DNA from: Octopus vulgaris
Lineage: Eukaryota
NCBI GenBank assembly: GCA_951406725.2
Contig: OX597820.1
Coordinates: 121,148,001 to 121,212,000, forward strand
DNA: 64,000 nt
Direction: 5' to 3'
The notes under the pieces were generated by a model. The model made no database searches. It had not been told where the DNA came from and saw only the letters and a list, made by a program, of their open reading frames with translations. Made by a program: the position numbers and the translations under genes. Below are positions 14,420-26,452 of the stretch, in pieces (positions within the stretch are counted from its first letter, which is position 1; every line of letters begins with the position of its first letter).

Positions 14420-14680
14420 ATATATATATATATGCATGTATGTATGTATGTATACATGATTATATCTATCCATGATTATATCCAAATACTTTATAATTAT
14501 AAAAGCTGTAAAAACATCACAAGCATATCTCAAAATCTGCCCCGCAGTTTCCCGTTCGTCGGACTGCTGAGATTGAGAATAATAAAGCATATTACTCTAC
14601 CTCCCGTATTCGAGCACTATTTTTCCCCCATCTTGTTTCACATTTATGTGCTTACTTTGGTACCCCTCGATCTCCCTATG

Positions 14681-14725
<45 letters not shown>

Positions 14726-14754
14726 ACATACACACACGCACACGCACACACACG

Positions 14755-14804
<50 letters not shown>

Positions 14805-14894
14805 AACGCCTGTCTGTTTGACAGTAAGTGTATCTCATTATCCATCTCTCTCTTTCTCTCTTTTTTATCCCCATACATATACATACATTCATAC

Positions 14895-14931
<37 letters not shown>

Positions 14932-14933
<2 letters not shown>

Positions 14934-15110
14934 CCTTCCGGTCATTTCAATATGTGACCGCGTGTGTATCGTTGGTGATTTCCCTTCTCCGTCTTCCCTT
15001 GTTTGGACTTTATATTTCTGATGAAGAGCTCCGCTCGAAACGTAAAATCCTCTTTTCTTTCCTTTTCCTCGCGTTGTTTCTTTTTTTGTTGTTGCTTGTT
15101 CTTGTTTGGA
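14932..15110 (+). mobile_element. Penelope-like terminal remnant between (TA)n and (CA)n
   Basis: Short pyrimidine-rich insert in microsatellite carrying a hammerhead motif; related to 19245-19400 and 48536-48705. Confidence 0.6.
15014..15048 (+). ncRNA. Minimal type I hammerhead ribozyme, canonical core
   Basis: ATTT-CTGATGA-A-GAGC/TCC/GCTC-GAAA-CGT-A-AAAT: 4-bp stem I, 4-bp stem II, palindromic ACGT stem III. Confidence 0.7.
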
Positions 15111-15146
15111 TTGACACACACACTCACACACACACACACACACACG

Positions 15147-15354
15147 CATCCAACCGACAGTCTCCTACTGATTACTCTCAGCTTGTCGCCAACCTTTGCC
15201 GCTAGCTGGCCTGTTCATCACTCGAGACCATGGTAGTCACCCGAAACGCTTTGTTAAAAAATTGTACGTAGACCGATTTTTCGCGATGAGAGGCGTTCGT
15301 AAACTGAGGTTCCACTGTGTGTGTATGTTTGTACATACATACACACACACGCGC

Positions 15355-15413
<59 letters not shown>

Positions 15414-15626
15414 CCAACCGACAGTCTCCTACTGATTACTCTCAGCTTGTCGCCAACCTTTGCCGCTAGCTGGCCTGTTCATCACTCGAGACCATGGTAG
15501 TCACCCGAAACGCTTTGTTAAAAAATTGTACGTAGACCGATTTTTCGCGATGAGAGGCGTTCGTAAACTGAGGTTCCACTGTGTGTGTATGTTTGTACAT
15601 ACATACACACACACGCGCAACACACA
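15147..15626. repeat. Direct tandem duplication, period 264 bp
   Basis: CATCCAACCGACAG... begins at 15147 and again at 15411; unique portions appear identical; joined through (CA)n; unit contains a Tigger/pogo-like end (minus strand CAGTGGAACCTCAGTTTACGAAC). Confidence 0.95.
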
Positions 15627-16411
15627 TGTATGCGCGTCTGTCAATCTGTGTGTGTGTGTGATCATGCGTGGGGTGTGATTGTGCGTTTGTTTACATTAAA
15701 CATTTTCAGTCAAAGAGTTAGGGTAGAATTTGTTTGGGGATTTGTGTTCCGTATCGACATAACATGAGAATCGACACTTGAGAGCCTGTCATTTGATAGA
15801 TGTGGAAGAACGCATTAGACGGCTTACTATTGAACAAGCAATGATCAGACATATATAGAAGAGATAATCTTGAATGGAAAGTATTTCATCTCAGATAGGT
15901 TTTCATCAAAGCCATGAATCATCAACAGAAAGCGAGACGAGACAACAACAACCACAATAACTCCAGCAATGTATTAACAATAAAATAATGATAATATTTC
16001 TAATAGTTTTCTGAAAACGTATTGATGTTTCCATTAAGACGATATATTTATCAATTTTACAGAGATCGCATTGATTTGTTTCTTTTAATATAAGACGTGA
16101 GTAGTTCGATGACGATTGACCCCTCAACATCGAAGACTTGTCGTTCATTATACGACCGTATAATATGTCGAGTTTATATTTATCATACATACACACATAA
16201 ACACACGCACACACACATTTATATACATACATATATAAATATATATATATATAAAGTAAAAGTCAAAAGGAAGAGCAGGAATGGTTAGGCAGCTTTTTAA
16301 TCATCTGACACACACACACATATATATATCTACTCGTCTAAGTATACGTGGTTTCGCACTAGGTATCAAAACCGTTTGTTATGTATATATATATATATAT
16401 AAACATGTTTA

Positions 16412-16760
16412 TCTTTTGTTTTACTCATTAGAGTGAGGCCATGCTGGGGTACCGCCTTGAAGAATTTTTAGTCCAATGAATTGACCCCAGTGTGTTTTTT
16501 TACGCCTCGTACATATTTATCGTTCCGATTTGCTAAACTGCTACGTTATGGGGACGTAAGCACACCAACACCGATTGCCAAGTGGTGGTGTAGGACAAAC
16601 ACAGACACAAAACCACAGGCTTGTTTCTGTTACTGTCTATCAAATTCCTTCAGAAGGATTTGGTGACCTCGAAACTATTGTAGAAGCCATTTGCCCTGCC
16701 AAACATTCTACAGTCTCACTGAATCTGGAGCCGCGTGTTTGGGAAACAAGCGCCTCACTA
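16412..16760 (-). mobile_element. SINE family A, degraded
   Basis: GGCCATGCTGGGGTACCGCC, GGGGACGTAAGCACACCAACACCGATTG match the family. Confidence 0.75.
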
Positions 16761-17059
16761 GAAAACGTATCATAATAGCTAATGATGCTGTTGTCCAACC
16801 TCCGGTTTTAATGCCCTGTGTAAAACCTGTTGGTCGGATAAGATCTAGTTGATCTATAATACTGTATTCCTTGAATAGTATATATTAATGTGTGTTGTGT
16901 ATGTGTGGGAGTGAATGTGTATGTAAGTGCTTATGTCTGTATATTTCTTTGCGTTTTATTTCAGTTCTTAAGAGAGTCCAAACTGGTTGCTAACAGAATG
17001 GGGAATCTTTTCGAGTCAAGAGAGTCGCTGTTGTTTGTAAGTATGTGATTCAGTTGGAT

Positions 17060-18000
17060 GTTGGTTGAACTGTTGTTGCAGACACATGGATGAGCGTGCA
17101 TCTATTCATCAAGAGAATATTAGAGAATCTTTCGATTCTCTCGCTAATCTTCATTGAGCCGCTAATAGTTTGGACGTAGATAATCCGCATCAGTTTCTTT
17201 TACTGTTTTGCCGTGAAACCAAGTATTTCTAAGATTTTGTGCAAACTTGTTACATAACCCAATGCACCTATGATAATAGGTACAAATTAGAATTCATAGT
17301 CAGCACGAGTGCTCTACGTTCCGCATTCATTCGCCATGAACGTTCTATTTTCCTCGGTGTTTGATCGTAGATTCACATCCGCTGGCTCAGCTGAACTCTG
17401 CAACAGGGCATGGCTTTTGTTCCTTGTTTCAAACCCCAGCATCAGATCTGCAATGCTTGCACCGAATTATAGTTTCATTCTTTGATTAGTATTCCCTCAG
17501 TATTCCTTATTTTTAAATGTGTGAGTATACGTTGGTCCTGACAATCCCTTTGATGTACACCTCAAGGGAATCCTCCTTCCTGTGAATAGCATTGTAGATA
17601 GGTTTTGCAACTATATCATGCCTCGGAGGCTGGTAGTATCTCATAGACATCTTGGAGCAGCTGCTGATGATGTGGGTGATATCATTGGTGATATATTCTC
17701 TCTCTCTCTCTCTCTCTTTCTTTCTAGCAAATATTTATCACCTATTCCCGAATAGCAGAGGCATATCGTTCTAAGTGGGATATCCGCAATGCATCCCAGG
17801 TCTAGAGGACCCTAATTTTTGCTTTAATGTTATCTTCTATCCTATGGGATACGTAACCATACATTTTACTTTCCTGCTATGGTGCGTGCTTCTGCTCCAA
17901 GATTCTGTTAAGGATGGCTAATCCAGCCTCCTTTGGGTGCACATGTATGTATATTCGCATGGATGTATGGATGTTGCCTCTTTGAGTTTAACTTATGTTC
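17060..18000 (-). mobile_element. Decayed RLE-type non-LTR retrotransposon (similar to 7990-9440)
   Basis: Minus-strand DITHIISSCSKMSMRYY..RHDIVAKPIYNAI and FVPIIIGALGYV motifs; many disruptions. Confidence 0.75.
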
Positions 18001-18428
18001 TTGAGAGAGTTCAAGCCGGTTGCGAAGTAAGCGACAAAACCTTTTGGGGTTAAGAGAATTCCCTGTGTTTGTAAATATGTGTTTGAATTCGTGTCTTACT
18101 CGAACGCTTGATGCAAGTGCGTGCATCTGTTCACATAAGAAGCTCATATGGAGAAGTTTTGGAATTTTCACAGTGCCACTATAGATTGGATTTGGAGAAT
18201 CTTTTTTCCATGAGACTGAGTATTTCTAGTTTTTTCTTTGTGCAAATGTGTTGGTACATCACCTGATGCCATTATGATGATAGGTACATGTGAGAATTCA
18301 TAACCAGGGTAAAAGAACTGCCACTTTCGCATTAATTTGCTACAGAATGTTCTCTTTTAGTTTTGGACGTTTGATATGGATGTATGGCTGGCTGGCTGGC
18401 TGGCTGGATGGATGGATGGCTGGATGGA

Positions 18429-18465
<37 letters not shown>

Positions 18466-18543
18466 TGCTTGCTTGCTTGCTTGCTGAGGTTCCATTGCCA
18501 ATCACATGGTTCTGCTTTTAGTGCCGCGGTGTGGAAGCTCGGT

Positions 18544-18824
18544 CAAGTATCTCCTATAACTTGGAAACGATCAAAGCCTTATAAGTGAATGGATTTGATA
18601 GATGGAAAATATCCGAAGCCTGTTACACACACACGCACGTGTGTGCATAACAAAATAAAAAGTTGAAAGATTGTCCATAAATAATAATCATAATCTTTAA
18701 ACTTTTTATTTTGTTATGCACACACGTTTGTGTGTGTGTGTGTAACAGGCTTCGGATATTTTCCATCTATCAAATCCATTCACTTATAAGGCTTTGGTCG
18801 TTTCCGAGTTATAGGAGATGCTTG
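18544..18824. repeat. Long inverted repeat (about 130-bp arms, 19-nt spacer) of a degraded SINE-A segment
   Basis: 18544-18672 is the near-exact reverse complement of 18692-18824. Confidence 0.9.
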
Positions 18825-18830
18825 GAACAT

Positions 18831-19160
18831 CGTGAATTGCCTAAAGAAAATATTATTAAGGGTATATAATGCCCGCGACGAAGAAAGTGGGCACTAATAA
18901 GCGTGGGAAGCGAACCTACACCGCTAATATGCGCGCTAACAGATAACATCAACCTACCCACCAAGAATTCCCTGTTAGATTAAAGGACTCTTGTTTCATT
19001 GCGTAGGGTAAAGAAACGATTACGTGTTCTCTGTTAAATGAAGAAACGGAGATGAGTGAAAGCAAACAAGCATTTTATTCTTTCGAGTTCTAAAACCCGC
19101 TGTTTTCTGTCGCGGGATTATATGCCCTAACAATAAACTATATTCTTTAGCCAACACACA
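18831..19160. mobile_element. Old MITE with about 55-bp imperfect TIRs
   Basis: CTAAAGAAAATATTATTAAGGGTATATAATGCCCGCGAC versus reverse complement CTAAAGAATATAGTTTATTGTTAGGGCATATAATCCCGCGAC. Confidence 0.6.
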
Positions 19161-19244
19161 GCGAACGCTTATTATCATTCACAGAAGTTTCATTCATCAG
19201 CTTTTTCTCATTTAACACAGAATATATATATATATATATATATA

Positions 19245-19400
19245 TCACTCTGTTTATTTCTGTTTTTCTCTCTGCTGAAGAGCGTAGGCTCGAAACGTAA
19301 AAGACTTTCTCACTTCCCGAGCGTCAAACTAATACATCTGTTTATTGTTTACACACCCGTCTTCGCCTTTTATTTTGTTTTTGTTAATTCTAACTACATA
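19245..19400 (+). mobile_element. Penelope-like terminal remnant with variant hammerhead motif (19267-19304)
   Basis: Follows (TA)n; TCTCT-CTGCTGA-A-GAGC/GTAG/GCTC-GAAA-CGT-A-AAAGA; same family as 48536-48705. Confidence 0.65.
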
Positions 19401-21175
19401 TAGGAGTCGATGCTTGGATATGTCGAAACAATTGTTGTGATTAATAATATATTCTCGAATATTCCACCTTCTGTCCTTCATTTGCTTTACATATAAAATA
19501 GCACATGCTGAGATACACCAATAAGACTGGCATATATATGAAGAGGTCTTCCTGAAATCGTGCCAAAGTGTGTCTCGAGATATTCGCCAGCATCTGCAGA
19601 TTGATATACAGTTTCTTCTCATAAGAAATAAAATTATGAAACGGCTTAAAAGAAAAACATAATATAAAAATACAGCTAGAAAAGACAAACAGTAAATAGC
19701 TCTTACAATAAAAGCCGACCATCACCGCAGACAAAAATAACAGCAAATAATTAAATGAGAACGGCTCACAAATAATGTAAGACACTTTATCCAACCGAGA
19801 GACAATAGTTGAGAAATTAATGGCTGAATTTGTTGTAAGAGAGACATTAGAAACCGTCTCAGGAGCATCTACAATGAGAAAAATATGTCTACATCTGTGG
19901 AAGTGTGGACATGTGTGTGTGTGTGCATATATGTATATATGTGTGTGTGAGTGTGTACGGATAAGTGTATGTGAGAGGGTAGCTGTATGTGTTTGCATGT
20001 GAGAAAGTACTTTTTCAATCTCAGTTGTTCTTTCCTTTTATTTCCTTCAATTTTTAGAAAAAATTGTTTATGTTTACATTGATAGTTGTTATTTTGTATT
20101 CTTTTCATATTAGTTATGAGGCATAAATATGTGGAGTGTGTACATGTATATATCTTATATCTATATATCTAAATATTTATGTGTGTGCACATGCGTCTGT
20201 GTATAAATGTGTTTATATGTGTGTGTAAACATATATAATTATAATTTTATTTTTTACTAAATTTAAATTTCCATTCTTTGACCAAAACTGGTGATTTGTT
20301 TCTTTATGTTACAATTCTTCTTTCCTATCTTTTTTGTAATTTTTAACTTCATATTTTTTAAATATAAATTCTATGAATATATTTGATATTTTTTGTTCAT
20401 ATTTTTTTTCTATATAATTTTTTTCACTTAATTCTTTTTCTGCACAAATATTTTTTAAGCAATTTATTCTAAATCTCTTTTTTTATTCCCTTTTTTTCTA
20501 TTGATTCTCTTTTTCTTTTTAGGTTGGTTTTGTTTTCCACCATCTTGTCTTAACCATTATATTTTTAATTCTCTTCCTCACAGTTTATATCGAATATTTT
20601 TTCTCACTCAATATTTTGTTATTATTTTCATTTCGTGTCCATTATTCGGTTGCAGTTTATTTTTAGACTATTTGAAAAGATTCACACACACACACACACA
20701 CACACATACATATTGCTGTATATTAACACGCACGCGTGTTGTTCCTCTGTTGTATGTGTGGGTGATTTTTTATTGTCGTTCATAGTCAAATTTATTTTTT
20801 ACAGTTTTTATCTCGATTTGAAATTCATTGAGAAATGCTTGAATAATCTTTCAAAACAATGATTGTTGAATAAAAAGAGGAGAAAATACAATATTTATGT
20901 AAATTCGAACACTAAATGGTATGCTATAGAGACTCTATTACAATTCTTTTCCCTTCTTGCCCCCTTCACCGGAGCATTTTTTGATTTTGTTATTTGTGTT
21001 TGGGTCTACTTTTTATTTGCTATTTCTCTAAAATAACACTAGGTACAATTGCAATAAAAAAACACATTTAAAAAATAATAGTAAAAAATCAATAAACTTA
21101 AAAACGTCCCCTTATATTTCGTAATCATAACAATCATATCCTGTACATCGATTATTATTATTATTACTATTGGAA

Positions 21176-21375
21176 GGCGGTGAACTGGCAGAATCGTTAG
21201 CGTGCCGGACGAAATGTTTAGCGGTATTTCGCCCGGCGCTGTTCTCGGTTCAAATTCCACCGAGGTCAACTTCAACTTTCATCCTTTCGGGGTCAATAAA
21301 ATAAGTACCAGTGAAATACTGAGGTCGATGAAATCGTCTTGACCCCACCCCAAAAATTGCTACCCTTGTGGAAAA

Positions 21376-21376
<1 letters not shown>
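21176..21376 (+). mobile_element. SINE family B
   Basis: GGCGGTGAACTGGCAGAATCGTTAGC head, B box, body, flanked by (ATT)n. Confidence 0.9.
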
Positions 21377-21410
<34 letters not shown>

Positions 21411-21415
21411 CATCA

Positions 21416-21628
21416 AGGGAGCGAGGTGGTAGCATCGATAGCACCCGGGCAAAATGCTTAGCAGTATTTCGTCCGACCTCGCATTCTGAGTTCAAATTCC
21501 GCCGAGGGTGACTTTGCCTTTCATCCTTTCGAGATCGAAAAATTAAGTACCAGTTGAGTACTGGGGTCGATGTAATCGACTTAGCCCTGCCCCACAAATT
21601 TGAGGCAGTGTGCTTCCAGTACAAAGAA
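21416..21628 (+). mobile_element. SINE family B
   Basis: B box GAGTTCAAATTCC and GACTTTGCCTTTCATCCTTTCG body; flanked by (ATT)n. Confidence 0.85.
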
Positions 21629-21629
21629 C

Positions 21630-21689
<60 letters not shown>

Positions 21690-21690
<1 letters not shown>

Positions 21691-22024
21691 GCCTTTGTAC
21701 AGCTTCTAACGCTAGAGATGTACAACAGTGTCAGCTGTTCACTACCAGTGAACTAAGGTAACATCTCTTGTGTTTCAAGCATCTTCCGGAGTATTCGAGC
21801 GGTTCCAAGTAGTGCTGTCTTCTGCAAGTACTCCACCCTTATTGCAGCCCCTATTTGTTCCACGTACTTCTAAAGATTTTTGCTCACTGTTCCCAGGGTT
21901 CCGACATTTATTGGAACCACTACTACCTTTTTCATCGACCACAACTGTTTAATTTCCCAAGCTAACCTGTCATATCTTTCGACTTTTCTTTCTTCCTTAT
22001 CGCATATCTTGTTGTCAGCTGGGC
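21690..22024 (-). mobile_element. 3' end of R4/Dong-like RLE retrotransposon in (ATT)n
   Basis: Minus translation KEERKVERYDRLAWEIKQLWSMKKVVVVPINVGTLGTV...LQKTALLGTARILRKML; (ATT)n on both sides. Confidence 0.85.
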
Positions 22025-22114
<90 letters not shown>

Positions 22115-22116
<2 letters not shown>

Positions 22117-22375
22117 TATGTTTGACTTTTGCTTTATGTCTGTACAAGTTGGCTCCAAGTCTCACCCAGAGACCTCAAGGGACAACAGATTGGAAGTTCA
22201 CGTTGTTGTTATGCCTAGTGTGCCATATATTTGTTCTTTTTTTTTGGGGGGGGGGGTGTACTAGTGAATACATAAATTAAATTTTAAAAAAATTTTTGTT
22301 TTAAACCTTGGGATTACATAGAGGGTATTTTGCGTAGGATATGAGCAGTTGGACATGAGCAGTTGGATATGAGCA

Positions 22376-22376
<1 letters not shown>
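22115..22376 (-). mobile_element. Extreme 3' end/3' UTR of a second R4/Dong-like family in (ATT)n
   Basis: TAHILRKI C-terminus plus UTR matching 31933-32250. Confidence 0.75.
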
Positions 22377-22435
<59 letters not shown>

Positions 22436-22449
22436 GTTATTATTATTAT

Positions 22450-23730
22450 TATTTCGATTTTGTTTCCATTTCTTGCCAAGTGTCATCCCAATACCTAGGG
22501 CCAAAATCCTCATTGTATACATTGGTAGGCCATCAAAGTATAGTTTGAAGTTAAGACTGATCACTTACAAAGTCATGTGAAAGAAAGGCAAAAAGGGGAA
22601 GAGAGACAGACAGAAGAAGAAAAGAAGAGAAGAAAAAAAAAAGAAAACAAAGGAAACAATGGAAGTAAAGGGTGAAAAGATAAGAAAATACATTTCTCAG
22701 TCCGTGTAATGTACCAGTGAAGATAATGTTTTGTATTTCCTACATGAATGGCAAACCAGAGATCTTCTCAAATAATTTTCAGTTCCCTTTTTTTATCATC
22801 ATTCCAAGTGCCCTTACAATTACTGGTATTGTAACCGTCTTGAGATGCCACATATTTTTCGATTTCAATCAACATATCTTTATATTTTCAAAGCTTACCT
22901 AATTCGTTTGCCGAGATGGTATGATCACAAGGTATGCTCATGCCAATCAATAAACAGACTTTATTGTATTGGTCTTTTACAACAATATCTGGTTCATTAG
23001 CTTTCATGCTCCTCTGTAAGTACTAGAAAGTCCCAAAGAATTCTCACGTTTTCACCCTTAGTTACAGCCGCAGGCTGGTGCTTGTATCATTTGTCAGCAG
23101 TTTTGATTTTATAATGCCCACATATTACCCAGTGTAGATATTGGCCAACTTTGTCATGTCTTGATTTATACTCTACAAGTGCTAAAACGTGACACCCAGG
23201 GATTAGGCGGTCCACTGTTTCGATCCCTTCGTTGCAGTATCAATACTTTGGGTCTACTCCATTTTTCATCACATTGGTTTGATAGTTCCGGGTCAATCAG
23301 ATTTGATCTTGAGCAGCTAAGATGAAGGCCTCACTTACAGCCTTTACCCCTGAGCTCCGTAGTCACTGATATGTGTGCTTTTGGTCTCCATCAACTTGTC
23401 TGCTGTGTATCACATATTTGCCATGCAGAGGTCTTTGTTCTCACCTATCAGCCAATTGTTCAAACAATTTTTGCTTTGCTATTCACATTCTTTGCAACTA
23501 CAGTTGCCTCACTTCCATCCTGCAGTTCAACCTGAATATTATGCATGACATTACTAGCAAATTTTTTGCCCTTCTTCATAACAGAATGACGCTTCTTACA
23601 TCTCTCGCGGTCTTCAACGAGTTTTAGCATCCAGTCCTTAGATGTTTCAAGGTATTTGGCCAGTCCTATAGTGGTGATTTTGTAACAAATTTCAAATTGG
23701 ATCAAGTCTCGACCTCCACAGGCTCTGAGT
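22450..23730 (-). mobile_element. Decayed RLE-type non-LTR retrotransposon
   Basis: Minus-strand IGLAKYLETSKDWMLKLV, ETVDRLIPGCHVLA..EYKSRHDKVGQYLHW, NEPDIVV, IPVIVRALGMI; stops and frameshifts; 22450-22690 is a putative 3' UTR. Confidence 0.8.
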
Positions 23731-23745
23731 AGGTAAAAACGATTG

Positions 23746-24160
23746 ACGGTGAGCTGGCCAAATCGTTAGCACGTAGTGCAAAATTCTTAGTCTCATTTTA
23801 ACTATCTTACTTTCTGAGTTCCAATTCCTCCGACGTCGACGTCACCTTTCATCCTTTCTACATCAATAAAATAAGTACCCGTTGATCAATGAGGTGAATG
23901 TAATTGATTAGCACCGTACCCTAAAATTTCAAGCCTTCTGCCTATAGCAGAGAGGATTATTATTATGGTGGCGACCTAGCAGAATCGTTAGTGCCGGATA
24001 AAATGCTTAATGACAAATCTTACGGCTCTTTATACTCGGAGTTCCAACACAACCGCGGTGAACTTTACCTTTCATCCCTTCTCACTAGATAAAATAAATG
24101 GCAACTCAAGTACTGGGGTTGATAGAAACGACAAAGTACCACCCTCTAAAATTCCTTACT
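23746..24160 (+). mobile_element. Two tandem SINE family B copies (about 23746-23955 and 23966-24160)
   Basis: Each has the head, B box and CCTTTCATCC body. Confidence 0.8.
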
Positions 24161-24479
24161 ATCTGAAACAATTCTTAAGAATAATTACGAGGGGTTAGCT
24201 TATAACGGAAGGGCATGTAGAAGACGCGCAAACCTGCCGCCTTTTTCAAATAACTGACAAGGGCCGAATGAATTTTCTCAATGCCCCAGTATGGATATAA
24301 GCGAACAGCATCTTTTTTTTATTCCGAGTGTATCTAGAGAGAGTTATTTGTAGACCATTTGATGGGCTCTGTTGGCAGAAACAGAATGCTGCAAGAAATT
24401 CCCTATTAATTCTTCTGCTGATCGAGAGGCGACATGCATGCTACTTGATTGCAAGTTATTGTGTGGCACTTCGCTCACC

Positions 24480-25900
24480 TATTTGGGGCAGAAGGTGCAC
24501 CGGAGACATGCCTAGGCTACACCACCGCCCACCTCGATTGCCTGCTCTGACTCTTGATTGGGATGCGGAATTATGCAAAAGGTCAATAACTGCTGACAGA
24601 ATACGGGAAGCAATGACTGCCTGCACGAATAAGTCATCGGAGCTTTATTGTCATATGCCTAATTTGTGTAGAGGACTCTTAGCAGATGTCTACTGCAACT
24701 GGTAAAAGAAACGGAGCATTCCCAGTCCTGCAAAAAAGGGGTGCGGTGATATTGCTCAGAAAGGGCCTGAATAAATGATTTAACAACTCCCATCCCATAA
24801 CACTACAAAAAAGTTGTGCCTTGTCCTACTTCATGGCTAGCTAGAAAGGAGCGCTTTTTTTGTCTTTCGCTTTCTGTGATAACGCGTTCCGCTTGTTAGA
24901 TTATTTGTTGTCAAGGCGTGGAAGACTTGACATGCTGTGGCTAAAGATGCGCATGCGTGTGCTGAGCATGTGACGTCTTCAGCGTTTTCTGTAGGTGAGC
25001 AGCTGCGGTCGACATTTGTTAGACGTGCTTTTCCCCAGCTTGTCTTTTTGATAAACTTTCAGCCCCGGATGGAGCGTAGTCTAAGAACAGAATGCCTGCA
25101 ACTTAGAATGCCGTCAGGCGTCCACATTTCACCATAAATGTTTCACCATTGGGGTTATATACGAGATTAGTGTTGTGTAAGAGCAACGATCTCTGCAAAT
25201 TCTGGGTATCAATGAAAATCAACTGGCTTGTCATTTCTTGAAGATTTTCAGTCCTTCGATTGTTGATTCGAGATAAGCTCTTCAAGAATTAAAATGTCTG
25301 AAGTGCTTATGTCGTCAACCAAGATGGGCGCAGAGTAGCAAAATAGCCCAGCGTGCACTCGCGCCAGTGTTCGTGAATTGCCAAATTTGGAGCTATATTG
25401 AACAGCTGCTCTCACCTGTATCACGTATCTGGAAATCGGCCAAATCCATCATGAAGATTTCCCCACCACCTTACTTTGGCTTAATAGGGCAGCAGCCAGT
25501 TCACCTCAGATTTGGTAGCTTTGCCAAAAAAGAGTTCTGTAGTGGAATACACTGAAAGAATTGAAACAGACAATTTTCTCTTTGAACAAGTCCTTATCCA
25601 CTTTCAAGAGAATGAGAAGGGTTGAGTGGGAGGTGCAGCCCCAGGTAAATTTGATGAAAGGTGAGTGGTGTAGCGAGGACGGCCTGAGTGAATTGGCTTT
25701 TCCTAACCTGGCCGTCTGTAGGACGTAAAGAACAGATGGTAGAAAGGCTTCATTCGGTAGTAGATCTCATGGGGCTCTTGATTAACCCCTTTTCTCTTTG
25801 GGTTCTTGATTAAACACCTTGGTAGTTCTCTCTCCATTTAGGAAATTTTATTATTGTCTTTACTGTTCGCACAATCCTTGCCTTTGTATTCTCTTTAGAT
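24480..25900 (+). mobile_element. Very decayed L1/Tx1-like LINE fragments
   Basis: ITADRIREAM..ELYCHMPNL..LLADVYCNW (pre-RT region) and a later segment similar to 41500-42220; interrupted. Confidence 0.5.
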
Positions 25901-25995
25901 GTTATATGAAGTATCAAACATTAATGGGGTTAAATATGTTTCACTTTCAAGAAGTTGCTTCAGGTCATAATATTATTATTATTATTATTAACTAA

Positions 25996-26130
25996 GGCAG
26001 CGTGCTGGAAGAATCGTTAGCACGCTGGATGAGATGTTTAGCGGCATTTCGACCGTCGCTACGTTATGAGTTTAAATTCCGCCGAGGTCGACTTTGACTT
26101 TTATCTTTTCGCAGTCTATAAAATCAATCC
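25996..26130 (+). mobile_element. SINE family B, 5' half
   Basis: Head, B box and GAGGTCGACTTTG. Confidence 0.8.
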
Positions 26131-26452
26131 TAGTGTGTAACTGGTACTTATTCAATCAACACCGAAAGGATGAACAGCAAAGTCGACCTCGGCGGAATTT
26201 GAACTCAGAACGTAACGGCTGACGAAATACCTATTTCCTTACTATCCACAAGGGGCTAAACACAGAGGAGACAAACAAGGACAGATAGACGGATTAAGTC
26301 GATTATATCGACAGCAGTGCGCAACTGGTACTTAATTTATCGACCCCGAAAGGATGAAAGGCAAAGTTGACCTCGGTGAAATTTGAACTCAGAACGTAGC
26401 GGCAGACGAAATACCGCTAAGCATTGCGCTAACGATTCTGCCAGCTCGCTGC
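26131..26452 (-). mobile_element. SINE family B long-tail variant with partial tandem unit
   Basis: Body AAAGT.GACCTCGG.G.AATTTGAACTCAGAACGTA occurs twice, junction GAAATACC|TATTTC at about 26231. Confidence 0.85.

Noticed and set aside
21100-22450. CRISPR-like repeat/spacer alternation
   Set aside because: The repeats are variable-length (ATT)n and the spacers are retroelement fragments; eukaryotic context with no cas genes.
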